Below are positions 1-10,720 of a stretch of 64,000 nt of DNA, in pieces; position 1 is the stretch's first letter, and every line of letters begins with the position of its first letter. Under the pieces are notes generated by a model that ran no database searches, was not told the origin of the DNA, and worked only from the letters and a program-made list of their open reading frames with translations. The DNA is from Bdellovibrionales bacterium. Lineage in GTDB: Bacteria; Bdellovibrionota; Bdellovibrionia; Bdellovibrionales; UBA1609. The stretch lies in assembly GCA_965205945.1 (NCBI GenBank), contig CBDBIB010000001.1, positions 32,001 to 96,000 on the forward strand. Direction: 5' to 3'. The translations under genes were made by a program, and so were the position numbers.

Positions 1-2376
1 GCTGAGAAAAAAATTTCTGGAAGTGATATTTCAAATTTAACAGATAAAGAAATTAAGCTTTTAAATGAACATCTGCAAAGATTAAGAACTGGGACAGATA
101 GAAGAGCTGCTTTTGAAAAAGCTTTTAAAAGAGGTGGATATAAGACAGGGCTTATTAAAGGTTTAGATAACTTAATAAGAGGTTTTAGAAATAAATTATC
201 TAGTTCAGAGTCAATTGATAATAAAGCTGAAAAGCTTATAGAACAAAAAGTAGTTAAAGATAAAGAGACTTTTATGGAAGCGATAGCTTACTCGTTTTTA
301 ACGTTTTCTTCACTAAAGACAACATTTAAGACATTAGCAACCATTTGGAATACAGCTTTTTTGAAAAGATCAAACTGGCATAGACCAACAATGTGGTTGA
401 TGCAGTTTATATATCCTAATTTTACTATAATTTCAAAAGGTGAGTTAGATGGGAAACAACATTATCCAACTAAATACAATTCTGGTCTAGATTTATGGCC
501 ACAGAAATTAAGTAGATTATTGGGAAATTTTAAAAAAACAGATTTAGGTGAACAAATACCTCTTCCTAAGAGTATCTTTTTATCAAAAGAATCTTTAGAT
601 AACCTAGAAATTTTTGAAGATGCTGCTGGAAAATTAGAACTTTTAGCTATGGAGATTGCATCAAATAAAGCTCAAAAAGCATTACTTCAAAGTATTAATG
701 ACCCTAAAAGGATACTTGCATTATTTGATTCAAAACCAGTATCAGAGGTAGAAGCTTTGCATAAGCTTGCAAAAACAGGTATTAATACTCTTCATGATAC
801 AAAAATTGACAAACTAAATAAAAAAGAAAGGGCTTATTATAGGGCTTATTATACAAAAACTTTTGATCTAGTTATGCAAAGGTTTATAAGTGATTTATTT
901 TTAGATAGTAAAGGGATAGATCTTACTCCAGAACAATTTGCTAAAGAATTTGTAAAAAAAGTTAAGAAAAATGAAGCTACTGATTTTAAATTTACTCAGT
1001 CTGAAGTTGCTGCGGTTGAATCTATTATAGAAAAAAAAATTAATTTTGATAAAGTAAAAAAAGAATCAGAGCAGATAGCAAATAATTGGTCTAAGTTTTA
1101 TGAAAAAACAGGTTTAAACTTTAAACATCGAGTTTTAAGAAGAATTCATCCAGAAAACCCTCAGGTTAAAAGGCAACAGATTGCAGGAAAAATGCTAAAA
1201 GATTCAAGAGCAATGGATCGAGCTGTAAGAATGGAAGTTAATACTATGCTTGTTGATATTCCTCTTACAATTGGTATGACTTTACTTCTTTATTCTGCCA
1301 TTCCTTCAGGATTGTTGATGCCTTTTAATCCAGAAGGTTTAAACACTGAAACTCATTTAAACTATATGAGTCGATACTTATATTATAATGATTTTATACC
1401 TGGTATGATTTTAGGCTTACTTGCGAATACATGGATGAAGGTTCAAATGGATTATCGTATGAGCTCTAAAGGTGCTTTTGATAAAGCTATTATGCATAAA
1501 GATGGTCAAAAGGGTTTTTGGAGATTTGTTTTAAAAAACTTTGCTTTAAATCCTGAGAATACATTAAAAGAAAATCAAATTTTTTTAGTAAAATTAGTTG
1601 TAGCTAATTTCCCGGCTGCAGTATTAACAACAATTGTTTTTAATGCTTATGGTTTAGGGCGTTTTGATGTGGGATCTTTTTTAGTTGGTTACACCATGAT
1701 GATAGGACTCTTTTATTCTGGGTTAAACTTTAAAATAGAGAATGCTTTTGAAAACTCAGTCTCATGGATTTACAATAAAATACCCAGGAAGCTAAGAGCC
1801 CATCCAGAAGCTCAAAGTTATATTGATAGAAAATTGCAGAAAAAGAAAATGGTATTTTCTTGGTATATGCAACTTTGGACGGTAGTTGTAATAGAAAATG
1901 TTGCAGGGATAATGCTAACTTTAAAAGAAAATAGTAAAATAGGTACTCGTGCTTTTATTCGTTTAATGACTGGGGGGCAAACATTTACAGAGATTGTAGT
2001 AAAGACTGCAGACATGTTGATGAAAACTTTGGAATCTGTGCCAAATATGAGTAAAGTGTTTGATCTATTAAAATTTACAGTTTCTAATAATTTTGAAGCT
2101 TTTGAAAGATACCCTAAAGAATTGATAGAAAGAGGTGATAGTCTTGGTGTAAAAAGGGTTTATGAAAATATAAATCTTCCAAAGAACTTACTGGCTGAAA
2201 TTATAGGTAAGCTTGGAGGTGCTGTAAGTACAGTAGGCTTAATTGCCTCAATGCCATATATAAGTGGGCACTTATTAGAAAGGTACTCTCAAAGTAAAGT
2301 TCAATTAAAAGGACAAATCCTAAAGGAAAAGAAAGCTGGAAAATCTAGAATAGGCTTATGTAAAAATTTTCTTTAA
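1..2376 (+). CDS. Large hypothetical membrane protein, 5'-truncated by the window edge
   Basis: Frame is open from base 1 to the ATG at 274. Several hydrophobic helices in the C-terminal half; ends in LCKNFL. No recognisable family motif. Confidence 0.8.
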   Translation, partial: AEKKISGSDISNLTDKEIKLLNEHLQRLRTGTDRRAAFEKAFKRGGYKTGLIKGLDNLIRGFRNKLSSSESIDNKAEKLIEQKVVKDKETFMEAIAYSFLTFSSLKTTFKTLATIWNTAFLKRSNWHRPTMWLMQFIYPNFTIISKGELDGKQHYPTKYNSGLDLWPQKLSRLLGNFKKTDLGEQIPLPKSIFLSKESLDNLEIFEDAAGKLELLAMEIASNKAQKALLQSINDPKRILALFDSKPVSEVEALHKLAKTGINTLHDTKIDKLNKKERAYYRAYYTKTFDLVMQRFISDLFLDSKGIDLTPEQFAKEFVKKVKKNEATDFKFTQSEVAAVESIIEKKINFDKVKKESEQIANNWSKFYEKTGLNFKHRVLRRIHPENPQVKRQQIAGKMLKDSRAMDRAVRMEVNTMLVDIPLTIGMTLLLYSAIPSGLLMPFNPEGLNTETHLNYMSRYLYYNDFIPGMILGLLANTWMKVQMDYRMSSKGAFDKAIMHKDGQKGFWRFVLKNFALNPENTLKENQIFLVKLVVANFPAAVLTTIVFNAYGLGRFDVGSFLVGYTMMIGLFYSGLNFKIENAFENSVSWIYNKIPRKLRAHPEAQSYIDRKLQKKKMVFSWYMQLWTVVVIENVAGIMLTLKENSKIGTRAFIRLMTGGQTFTEIVVKTADMLMKTLESVPNMSKVFDLLKFTVSNNFEAFERYPKELIERGDSLGVKRVYENINLPKNLLAEIIGKLGGAVSTVGLIASMPYISGHLLERYSQSKVQLKGQILKEKKAGKSRIGLCKNFL

Positions 2377-2501
2377 ACTTATACTTAAAATTTTTTATGA
2401 GAACATAGATCTTTAAAATTCAACCGTAATAGAATATAGAAAAAGAGTAAAACCCTGTAGATTATAGAGTATAGGATCTTTAAAGCATGGAATTCAGGTT
2501 T

Positions 2502-3821
2502 TTAAGAATGTGGTTTTAATTGATTTTCAAAAAACATTAAATGAGTTTTAGAAACTAGATCATGGCCAAGCCACAAAACAGGTTCTGTGGGGTTTGAGGC
2601 TTCACATAAAATTACTTTCCCAGTGGTTTTAAATACAATAGTGCTTAAAAAAAATGTTATTAAATTCTTACTATTTTTATGAAGACTGATTAAATAATCT
2701 GAAGCCTCTTTCATTTGTGCCATTCTAGACTCTTTATTATGTTGTGGCCATGTGTCCCAGTGAAGCTTTGTTACTTTTGGGTCAGTATTCATATATTTTT
2801 GAGTAAAAGAATCAATAGTGTTAAGATCATTAGGGTTATTTAAAAGATCTGCACAAACTTTATGAACAAAAGTGTTTTTTCCACCATTTTCAAATTTAAG
2901 TGACCTAAGAAGAGGGTATAGGCAAACTTCAACACCCATAAACACACTTGAAGAAGCTGTTAAAATCTCAGGAGCATTAAATACTTGAGTATGTAAACCT
3001 TTAGCCCAGTATTTTTTAGCAATATTTTCAAGCTTAATTTTAGCCCATCCTTGTAAATAAGGGGCGTATGACTGCCATTTGTATTTATCACCTAAAAAAG
3101 GTTCGCAACCATGATATCCGTAGGCTGAATAACTTACTGATTTAGCAGTAGCTCTGATGTGTTTTGTTTCCACAATTAAAGTTTTAAAGGTATTTGCTGT
3201 TACTTCATCAAAATTCATAGAACAAATTTTTCCAATTTCTGATTCCCAAAACTCCTTAGAATATAGAAATCTTTTTCCGAATCCTTTAAAGACTCTATTT
3301 AGTAAGGGCATTAAAATTTTAGCTCTTGGGATTCCTCCTGCCATAGTATGAACAAAGTGGATATTGGTTTTAGGAGTTACATATTTTTCTGATATTTGAT
3401 TTAAAAAGGCTTGAGTATTTTTTAAAAATCTTTTTAAGCCTATTTTTCGAGATTCTTGAATTTGATGCCAATCAATTTTTTTAACAGTATTCCACTCATC
3501 TCTTTTTAGCCCTTTTAATTGATCACATGGAGATATGCCTTTTAAGCTTTTGTCTAAATCAAAACCTGCTTCAAGAGGTATGTTAATAAGGTTACTCTGG
3601 CCTTTTTGAGCGATTTCCTCCGGAGTAAGAGGTCTTAGTTCATTATTTTTATTTCGACGACCGACAGTGCCGTAAACAACCGTCATTCCAATTTTTTCTG
3701 CCTCTTGAATAATTCCATTTACATAGCCTTGATCAAAAACTTCGCCAAAAATTACTAGTAAGTCTCCTTTTTTAAACTTAGAGTTAGGAGGACAAGTGCG
3801 TAAAGCCTTAAAACCTTTCAT
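2502..3821 (-). CDS. Enoyl-ACP reductase, FabMG family
   Basis: Motifs LVIFGEVFxxGYVNG, TVGRR, IPLEAGFD, HTMAGGIPRAK, SAYGYHG, WQSYAPYLQGWAK resemble the FabMG-type ENR family as I recall it. GGAG RBS upstream. Confidence 0.7.
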   Translation of the reverse strand: MKGFKALRTCPPNSKFKKGDLLVIFGEVFDQGYVNGIIQEAEKIGMTVVYGTVGRRNKNNELRPLTPEEIAQKGQSNLINIPLEAGFDLDKSLKGISPCDQLKGLKRDEWNTVKKIDWHQIQESRKIGLKRFLKNTQAFLNQISEKYVTPKTNIHFVHTMAGGIPRAKILMPLLNRVFKGFGKRFLYSKEFWESEIGKICSMNFDEVTANTFKTLIVETKHIRATAKSVSYSAYGYHGCEPFLGDKYKWQSYAPYLQGWAKIKLENIAKKYWAKGLHTQVFNAPEILTASSSVFMGVEVCLYPLLRSLKFENGGKNTFVHKVCADLLNNPNDLNTIDSFTQKYMNTDPKVTKLHWDTWPQHNKESRMAQMKEASDYLISLHKNSKNLITFFLSTIVFKTTGKVILCEASNPTEPVLWLGHDLVSKTHLMFFENQLKPHS

Positions 3822-4172
3822 AAAATCTCCTTTTTAAGTAAATATTTTATGAAAATATATTTTTTAAATAAATTTATTACAAGGTTTTAAGGTGATTAAA
3901 GCTTAAAACTCTTACAAAAAAATCGAGTTCTTTAAATATATCTAGTTTTTAGATTTAAAATCTAAATAAAATAGGTTTTAAAATCATGAATAAATCGCAA
4001 GTATATTTAAAGATTAGGCCATATGTGTAAAAGTTTCTATATTTTTTTTTTAAGTTTATTGATAAAAATAAAAGAGTAGATCATCAATAGTGTTTGAATT
4101 AATAGATAGCAAAGTCTTTAAAAAATGTATATGGAGCTGTTTAAATATAAATTTTATTTTTTTTGTTGAAAC

Positions 4173-5477
4173 TTGATTTGTATCGAGTCTTGGGTAAGGA
4201 GTTTATCTAAATTGAAATATAAGATTTCAACAGTTCTACTCTTAAACTTTTGTGTTTTAACAAACTCCTTTTCTAAAACTCTAAATGATGAAAATTTAGA
4301 AAAAACACAGACCTTAATAAAAGAAAATTCCTTTGTTGGTATTTTAACAAAACAACATTTGCCCTTAAAAGAATACACTCTTCTTAAATTTGAAGAAAAA
4401 AGCTGGCATTTAGGGCTTAAACTAAATCAAGGTGCTGATATTTGGGATAGCAAAATTGAGAATAGTTTTCTTTATAGTATATATGTGAGCCCTAGTTTTT
4501 TATTTAAAATAGTTAATAATTTCTTTTTTTCAATAAATCTAAATTTAGGTGATACTATAGGAAGTGTACAATCTAGATTTGGAGATTTAAGAACAGATGA
4601 TTTTGTTTATCTTCGTGACGCAAGGGTGTATTTTCAAAAGCAAGTAAAAACAAGTACTAGTGATTACCTATATACTTTTTCTGTAGGAGCTATTCAGCAT
4701 AGAAAACTTTTAAGAAAATTTGATTTATTCATGTCTTCAAGAGCATTACCGGGGTTAGAGCAGGATTTAAAATATTCATATAATTATATAGAAAAAAAAT
4801 CATTTGGAATTAATTTAAGATTTTTTGAGGGCATTCCCACTTCTCAGTCTGAATCATTAGATTTTAATGAGAAAGAGAGCATTCCTTTTTTTGTAAATGG
4901 AAATTTTGAGGTGTTTATAAAAAATCTGAATTCAAAGTCTTTTAGATATAGAGCAGGTCTTAGTTTTGGAGTTTTTGATTTTTCTTCTTTACCTGCAGTT
5001 ATTGCGGATGAGAGTAGAAGGCTTGGAAACACTGTAAATGGAATTGGTGGAGCAGCAAATTTTGAATATGATTTTAAAGGATGGTATGCCGGCTGGACAG
5101 CAATTCTAGGTTTTAATAAGTTTGAAATTTTTCCATATGTTAGGGTGGTAACCAATATAAAGGCTCCTAGTGGAAGAAATCAAGGGCAAAGAGCAGGAGT
5201 CCATTTTAGGTATCATAGTCAATCTTTGTATAGCTTAGATATTGAGCCATTTAACTTCTTTAATGAGACAGATGCTTCTGTAGCCAGTTACAATGGGTCT
5301 ACATATGGTCATAATAATCGTGAAGGTTTTGGCATAAATTTAGCATTAGAATTACTAAAAGAAGGTTTAAAATTTGGGCTAACATATGTTTACTCAGATA
5401 TTTTGAAGGAAAACAGTGACTTACAGATACCTTACCAATTTGTAAGGTTTAAGGTGGAGTACCAGTATGATTTTTAA
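4173..5477 (+). CDS. Putative outer-membrane beta-barrel / porin-like protein
   Basis: Signal-like N-terminus, alternating aromatic/hydrophobic strands, C-terminal VRFKVEYQYDF (terminal Phe, BAM signature). True start uncertain. Confidence 0.6.
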   Translation: MICIESWVRSLSKLKYKISTVLLLNFCVLTNSFSKTLNDENLEKTQTLIKENSFVGILTKQHLPLKEYTLLKFEEKSWHLGLKLNQGADIWDSKIENSFLYSIYVSPSFLFKIVNNFFFSINLNLGDTIGSVQSRFGDLRTDDFVYLRDARVYFQKQVKTSTSDYLYTFSVGAIQHRKLLRKFDLFMSSRALPGLEQDLKYSYNYIEKKSFGINLRFFEGIPTSQSESLDFNEKESIPFFVNGNFEVFIKNLNSKSFRYRAGLSFGVFDFSSLPAVIADESRRLGNTVNGIGGAANFEYDFKGWYAGWTAILGFNKFEIFPYVRVVTNIKAPSGRNQGQRAGVHFRYHSQSLYSLDIEPFNFFNETDASVASYNGSTYGHNNREGFGINLALELLKEGLKFGLTYVYSDILKENSDLQIPYQFVRFKVEYQYDF

Positions 5478-8400
5478 GAAGAAAAGTATGAATATTATAT
5501 TTCTAGCAACTATAGCTAGTCTTCTTATGTTTTCAGGGTGTATTAGGTCTGAAGCACCTAAAGATTTAGATATTTTAACTAAAGCTGGTGAAATGGGTTT
5601 TGAACAGGCCGAGAAAAATGCAACATTTTATATAGCAGGAGATGCCGCAGGTTTAATTGTTGAGCAGATTACATCACTAGACGGGGCTACAAAAGAGGTT
5701 AGGGCTTTAAGGTATAGGTTTTTAGTTTGTTTAAAAGAAAAGGCTTCAGCAAGAAAACTTCAAGGTTTTAAATTTAAAATTAACAGTTCTCAAGGAGAAA
5801 ATCCAAATTTTTCAAAAATAGTAACAACTAATGAAGATGGTTGTTTAGTGTGGATTGAAGATTTTAGGTTTGATGTAGGTAAACCAAATCCTCAACCTGT
5901 AGTTTTTCTTAGAAAAATAAAATCAGTTAAAGAAAGCAGTAGGCAAGGTGAGGTGAGTTTTATTTTTCAACTTTTTCCTTGGGGTAAAGTATTATCTAAT
6001 CAAGCATATTTGCCTTTTTACTTCTTAAAAGGAGAACAAAGAAAATTATATAGAGGTCAAATTCAAAGACTTTTCTTAGGTTATTACAACCCTAAAAAGA
6101 AGCTTAATTATAATCGCAATGAAAAAACCCAACTTTATGTAAGTCATATTAATTACAATTTAACAGGGATTCCATTTTCAGTAATTAAAAAAGATTTGCA
6201 ACCAACTAGAAAAGAAATTGAAGAAAAAGGTCTAGACGCTCTTTTACCGGGCTCTGATTATGTTCTTCTAAAACCTGATAGAAATAATCCAAATTCGGAC
6301 AAACTTTTGCTAAGATTAAGAAATAATAATCAATCTCCATACGCCTTAATAAAGAACCAAAAAGCTTTTGATGGTCTTCATGTAGATTTAGTATTAAACA
6401 TAAAATTGGCTCAATTTCATACAGCTGTAAATGGAAATTTTTCAAGAAATCAAAAAAGTGGTCGATTCAAAGTTCTTCCATATTTATACGCAACAGATTA
6501 CAATAAAGAAGGTGACAGAGTTTTATTAAATTCTGGTATGGAGAGCTTAATTTCTAAAATTAATAAAAAAGGTGATTTAAATCTTCATTATAAAGGCATT
6601 TTACCTTATGCTCCAACTTCTGGAAATGTACAGCTAGCTTTGCAAATAACTCCTATGAACAACAATCTATCTAAATATGAAGTTATTGAAGAGTTATTTG
6701 ATATAGGAACCTATAGTGATATTATTGGTAAAAAAAATAGGATTATGGAGCATCCTGAAAACTTTGCAGGGACCTTTGATTTTAATAAACATGCTAAAGA
6801 ATCTGTAGGCTATGAGAAAGCTTTAAATAGATCTCATTTAAGGTCAGCTGAACCATACAACTTTACTTTAGCCAACGTTAAATTTAAGACCATTGAAGCA
6901 GGTGAAACAGCAAACAGACGAACTGTAATTTTTAATGTTAAAACTTGTGTAGGTAAATTTAATTTTCAATCTAAAATTTTACAAAAACAAGAATTTAAGA
7001 TTATCTCCAGACATTTTAAAAATAGTGAAGCAGAGATTAAAGATGAGATTGCAGATAATGAAAATAAAGATCCAGACTTTAAATCATCTGATTATAAAGA
7101 TATAAAACTTTTTAGTGAAATTGATGGGGATAAGATTAGAACAGATTCTAATGGTTGTTTAAGTTTCATAGATAAGATTAGACATAAGTACTATAAAACA
7201 GAACGTTTGGTAAGAAGAAAATATTTTATACAAGCAAAAGATGATCCTCAAGGCTTTACAAAAGAATTAATCCTTTACTTAAATCCTTGGGATGAAAAAT
7301 TTGGTACTTTAGGAACAGATGCTAGATCTGTATCTCAAACATTTTTAAAAGAGCTTAATCAAAGAGATAAAATTGAACCAAGATTTTATATTCAAGATTT
7401 TAGATATGAAACACTAAGATTTAGGTATGAAATTGATAAAAGCATGAACCTTGTAGTAAAAAAGACGATTCTTCTTAGGCTTTACCCAAAGGTCTTGCGA
7501 TATTCAAATATTTTACAAGGTATTAATTCAATTTTTCCAATTAGAGATGGTATCTATTTATTAAAAATGGCTTACCAAAAGGATTATTTAGATCCTGCAG
7601 CTAGAGGTATTAGGATTAGGTCTAGAGTGGAGAACACAAATCCATCATCATCAAGTGCAAGTGTAACAAAAGGACCTTTAATTGAAAGGCTTGATGGTAA
7701 TGGAAAAGTATTAAGAACCGATGAAGATTCAGCTAAGGTTGAAGCCTCTGCAGATCTAAAAGGCGAAACTCTAGATGGATCGCAAAAAGTACTTCCTCCT
7801 TATGACCCAAGCAGAAAAGTTTCAATTAGTATTGTTAAAAAACTTGTTCGTGTTAACGCAGGTTTTATTATAACACCTATTGAATTTTCTGTTAAAGATT
7901 TACGTCTTTTACGAATTAGATCACAGGTTTTTGTACAAATAGAAAATGTGAATCAAACTAGATTACAATTGGTTAATATAGCCAGTAGAGAAATTGAAAA
8001 AGCAATGCAGATATCAAAAGGAACAGCTTCAGAAATTTCTAACTTACCTAAATCAGAGCAAAGAAAAATTATTCAACAGAAAGTAAGGGCTTTAGATGTT
8101 TTGGCAAAGGCCATACCTGATGATTTAGAATATACTAAAAATGACATTTCAGAATTATTAAAAGTATTTAGTAAGCCAGAAGTAATTTCAGCATTTAGTC
8201 CATTTATAAAAGGAGGCAAGTTAAATTCAGTAGCTACTATGATTGGAGAAGAAAAATCAGATAAAGATTTTTTAGAGTCTATTGTTGAATTAGCATTTTT
8301 AAAACAAGACGATTATATTAAAGAAATAAAAATTAGAACAGAAAAGTTAAGAAAAGAAGTAATAAATTTAACAGGGGAAAAAAATACCGACCAAAAAGTG

Positions 8401-10707
8401 TTATATAACTATGCTTCATCTGAAGAATTTAGAATGATATGTGGACCAACTCATAAAGGTTATGACCAATGCGTAACTGAAAATAAAGCCAAAAATCCAG
8501 ATTTTAATGAGCAGGCTTGTAGGTGCTATGATGAGTTAAGTAATGATTATAAAGATTTCTCTACAGTTTATGGTGATACAATTACTAAACTTAATAATGA
8601 TGTAGATAAGTTACAAAGTTATAAAGAGTTTATGTCTGCATCTACTATTCTTAATAAAGTTATGGCTAGAAGTAAGAATTTTTTTTCAAATTTATCTAAT
8701 AAAGATATTATAACAAAACTTCTTTTAAATGATTTTACCCTGGCTCAAGCTAAAGCTGATATTAGTGATTTAGATCTTTTAAGAGATAAGGTTATTCCAA
8801 ATATTGATATTCAAAAAAGAACATTCGTAGGTCCATTAACACTTCTAAGTAATGCTAATGGAGGTAGTCTTAGACCGACAGATAATTTAGATGAAGCTTA
8901 CTGTGTTACAGATGATTGTAATTCTTTAGGGTCAGACCCTTTAAATAGTTATAGTGCTATTAAAAACTTTAACTATGAAAGATCTCCGTATCATGGATCC
9001 ATTGCACATTTTTCTGGAAAACATGTAGATGATTTTATCAAAGGAAGTACAATTCAAATTGGTTCTGAAACTAAAAAAATTCCTTCTTATAAAGAGTTTA
9101 ATAAAATGCAAGCTAAAATTCTTGATATTCAAGCATTACTCCCGAATTTTATTAGAGACCAGAATCTTAATTATGTATCGTTAAAAAATAATAAGCTTAA
9201 AGACTTTATTTGTGAAGATCCTAAAGATGCAGATTTTAAAAATAATAGCAATAACTGCTTTAAAGACTACACAGATAACTATCTTAGTACACAAGATTTA
9301 ATAGAAGACTATCATACATACTCGACAAACCCTTTGGTTACAAAAAACTTTTCTAAAATCAATGATAAGGGTAAATATAGTTTTGATTTAAATTTTTTAA
9401 AATCTGTAGTTAAAAAAGATCATGGAGGGCAACAGTGTACTAAAAAAATTGTTCCTGCAAGCTATGCTGTGTTTAACGAGATTGAATATGGAAAATTTTG
9501 TGATTTAATGATTTATGGTATTTTTGCTAAAAACTATTTAAACCTAGTTAATGATTTTATAGGTAAAGTTAAAGAGGATAAAATTGAGTATAAGACAACT
9601 GGATCGTTTGTTAGTAGTTTACTTAATACAAATATAGTAGATGTTTATTCTCAAAGAGGTGGGTCTGTAATTCCAATTGTTAAGCCATTTGTAGATCGCT
9701 TATATGATTCATGTATTACTTATGCTAAGTTAGGGAAATTTAATGAGCCTTTAAATATTGAACGTAAGTATAGAATTGAAGAAACTGGTGGTTATTATTA
9801 TTTAGGTGGTAAATCACTTAATATCACATTGGGGCAGCAAGTTGGTATTGCTCACAAGATTGACAGTAATAAAACACATAGAATAGACAGTGGAGCTATT
9901 ACAAACTATCTCCCACCTGTTTTAAAAAGTTATAATTATTCTTATACTAGCGGTGAAGGTTTTTCTATGAATAGAGGTTTAAGTATACAACAAGCAACAT
10001 TTTTAGTGATGCAAAACGCTGAATTTGATATAGAGCTTAAAAAGTATGAACAGTGTTTAGTGGTTAGGTGGGCTACTAATTTTTTAAGAGAAAATAAATA
10101 TATATTTTTTGAAAATCCTATGTTAAAACCAGCAAAAAAAAGTGGACTTATAGTTGATGGTCAAACTTATGATCAGTATATTATTAAAAAACTTTTAGAA
10201 GGTTTAATGGTTTGTTCTGGGGATTCTGAAAAAGATCCTATAGCAATTAGAGAAACATACTACTACTTTACTCAAAATTTTATTGAAGGTGATATGCAAG
10301 ATATAGGAGATAATCTCAATCACCCTTGGCTCTTATCATTAAGAGGTGTTAGAGATTTTGAAACATTCTTAATTTCAACACTTTCTAATCGTGATATTAA
10401 AGATTCAAAACCGGAAAGGTATGTAGAAGCAGAAGAGCTTGTAGGAATGGGTAAGTTGTTTTCTAGTGATTTTGCTACAGAAAATTTAGATGGAACTAGT
10501 CACGAAGATATTGATAAATTTAAGCGTAATGTATGGCCCTTAAGTCAACTTATTAGAACTTATAGAAGAATCAGCCCAACATTTCCTGGTTTATACACTC
10601 AGTTAAATAGGAAAGAGTATGAAGTTGTTCAATGGCCATGGGCTGAAAGTGTTCCAGGGCAAAAATTTGAACAGAATCAAGGGCTAAATTGTTATTCTAA
10701 AGAATAA
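5467..10707 (+). CDS. Giant (1746 aa) hypothetical lipoprotein
   Basis: Lipobox LMFSGC. Two related segments (TNEDGCLVW / TDSNGCLSF). Overlaps the barrel gene by 11 bp. Confidence 0.8.
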   Translation: MIFKKKSMNIIFLATIASLLMFSGCIRSEAPKDLDILTKAGEMGFEQAEKNATFYIAGDAAGLIVEQITSLDGATKEVRALRYRFLVCLKEKASARKLQGFKFKINSSQGENPNFSKIVTTNEDGCLVWIEDFRFDVGKPNPQPVVFLRKIKSVKESSRQGEVSFIFQLFPWGKVLSNQAYLPFYFLKGEQRKLYRGQIQRLFLGYYNPKKKLNYNRNEKTQLYVSHINYNLTGIPFSVIKKDLQPTRKEIEEKGLDALLPGSDYVLLKPDRNNPNSDKLLLRLRNNNQSPYALIKNQKAFDGLHVDLVLNIKLAQFHTAVNGNFSRNQKSGRFKVLPYLYATDYNKEGDRVLLNSGMESLISKINKKGDLNLHYKGILPYAPTSGNVQLALQITPMNNNLSKYEVIEELFDIGTYSDIIGKKNRIMEHPENFAGTFDFNKHAKESVGYEKALNRSHLRSAEPYNFTLANVKFKTIEAGETANRRTVIFNVKTCVGKFNFQSKILQKQEFKIISRHFKNSEAEIKDEIADNENKDPDFKSSDYKDIKLFSEIDGDKIRTDSNGCLSFIDKIRHKYYKTERLVRRKYFIQAKDDPQGFTKELILYLNPWDEKFGTLGTDARSVSQTFLKELNQRDKIEPRFYIQDFRYETLRFRYEIDKSMNLVVKKTILLRLYPKVLRYSNILQGINSIFPIRDGIYLLKMAYQKDYLDPAARGIRIRSRVENTNPSSSSASVTKGPLIERLDGNGKVLRTDEDSAKVEASADLKGETLDGSQKVLPPYDPSRKVSISIVKKLVRVNAGFIITPIEFSVKDLRLLRIRSQVFVQIENVNQTRLQLVNIASREIEKAMQISKGTASEISNLPKSEQRKIIQQKVRALDVLAKAIPDDLEYTKNDISELLKVFSKPEVISAFSPFIKGGKLNSVATMIGEEKSDKDFLESIVELAFLKQDDYIKEIKIRTEKLRKEVINLTGEKNTDQKVLYNYASSEEFRMICGPTHKGYDQCVTENKAKNPDFNEQACRCYDELSNDYKDFSTVYGDTITKLNNDVDKLQSYKEFMSASTILNKVMARSKNFFSNLSNKDIITKLLLNDFTLAQAKADISDLDLLRDKVIPNIDIQKRTFVGPLTLLSNANGGSLRPTDNLDEAYCVTDDCNSLGSDPLNSYSAIKNFNYERSPYHGSIAHFSGKHVDDFIKGSTIQIGSETKKIPSYKEFNKMQAKILDIQALLPNFIRDQNLNYVSLKNNKLKDFICEDPKDADFKNNSNNCFKDYTDNYLSTQDLIEDYHTYSTNPLVTKNFSKINDKGKYSFDLNFLKSVVKKDHGGQQCTKKIVPASYAVFNEIEYGKFCDLMIYGIFAKNYLNLVNDFIGKVKEDKIEYKTTGSFVSSLLNTNIVDVYSQRGGSVIPIVKPFVDRLYDSCITYAKLGKFNEPLNIERKYRIEETGGYYYLGGKSLNITLGQQVGIAHKIDSNKTHRIDSGAITNYLPPVLKSYNYSYTSGEGFSMNRGLSIQQATFLVMQNAEFDIELKKYEQCLVVRWATNFLRENKYIFFENPMLKPAKKSGLIVDGQTYDQYIIKKLLEGLMVCSGDSEKDPIAIRETYYYFTQNFIEGDMQDIGDNLNHPWLLSLRGVRDFETFLISTLSNRDIKDSKPERYVEAEELVGMGKLFSSDFATENLDGTSHEDIDKFKRNVWPLSQLIRTYRRISPTFPGLYTQLNRKEYEVVQWPWAESVPGQKFEQNQGLNCYSKE

Positions 10708-10720
10708 AGGAGGAAGTAAG

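Noticed and set aside
829..852. 12-bp tandem AGGGCTTATTAT x2
   Set aside because: Single in-frame duplication (RAYY x2) with no sign of function.
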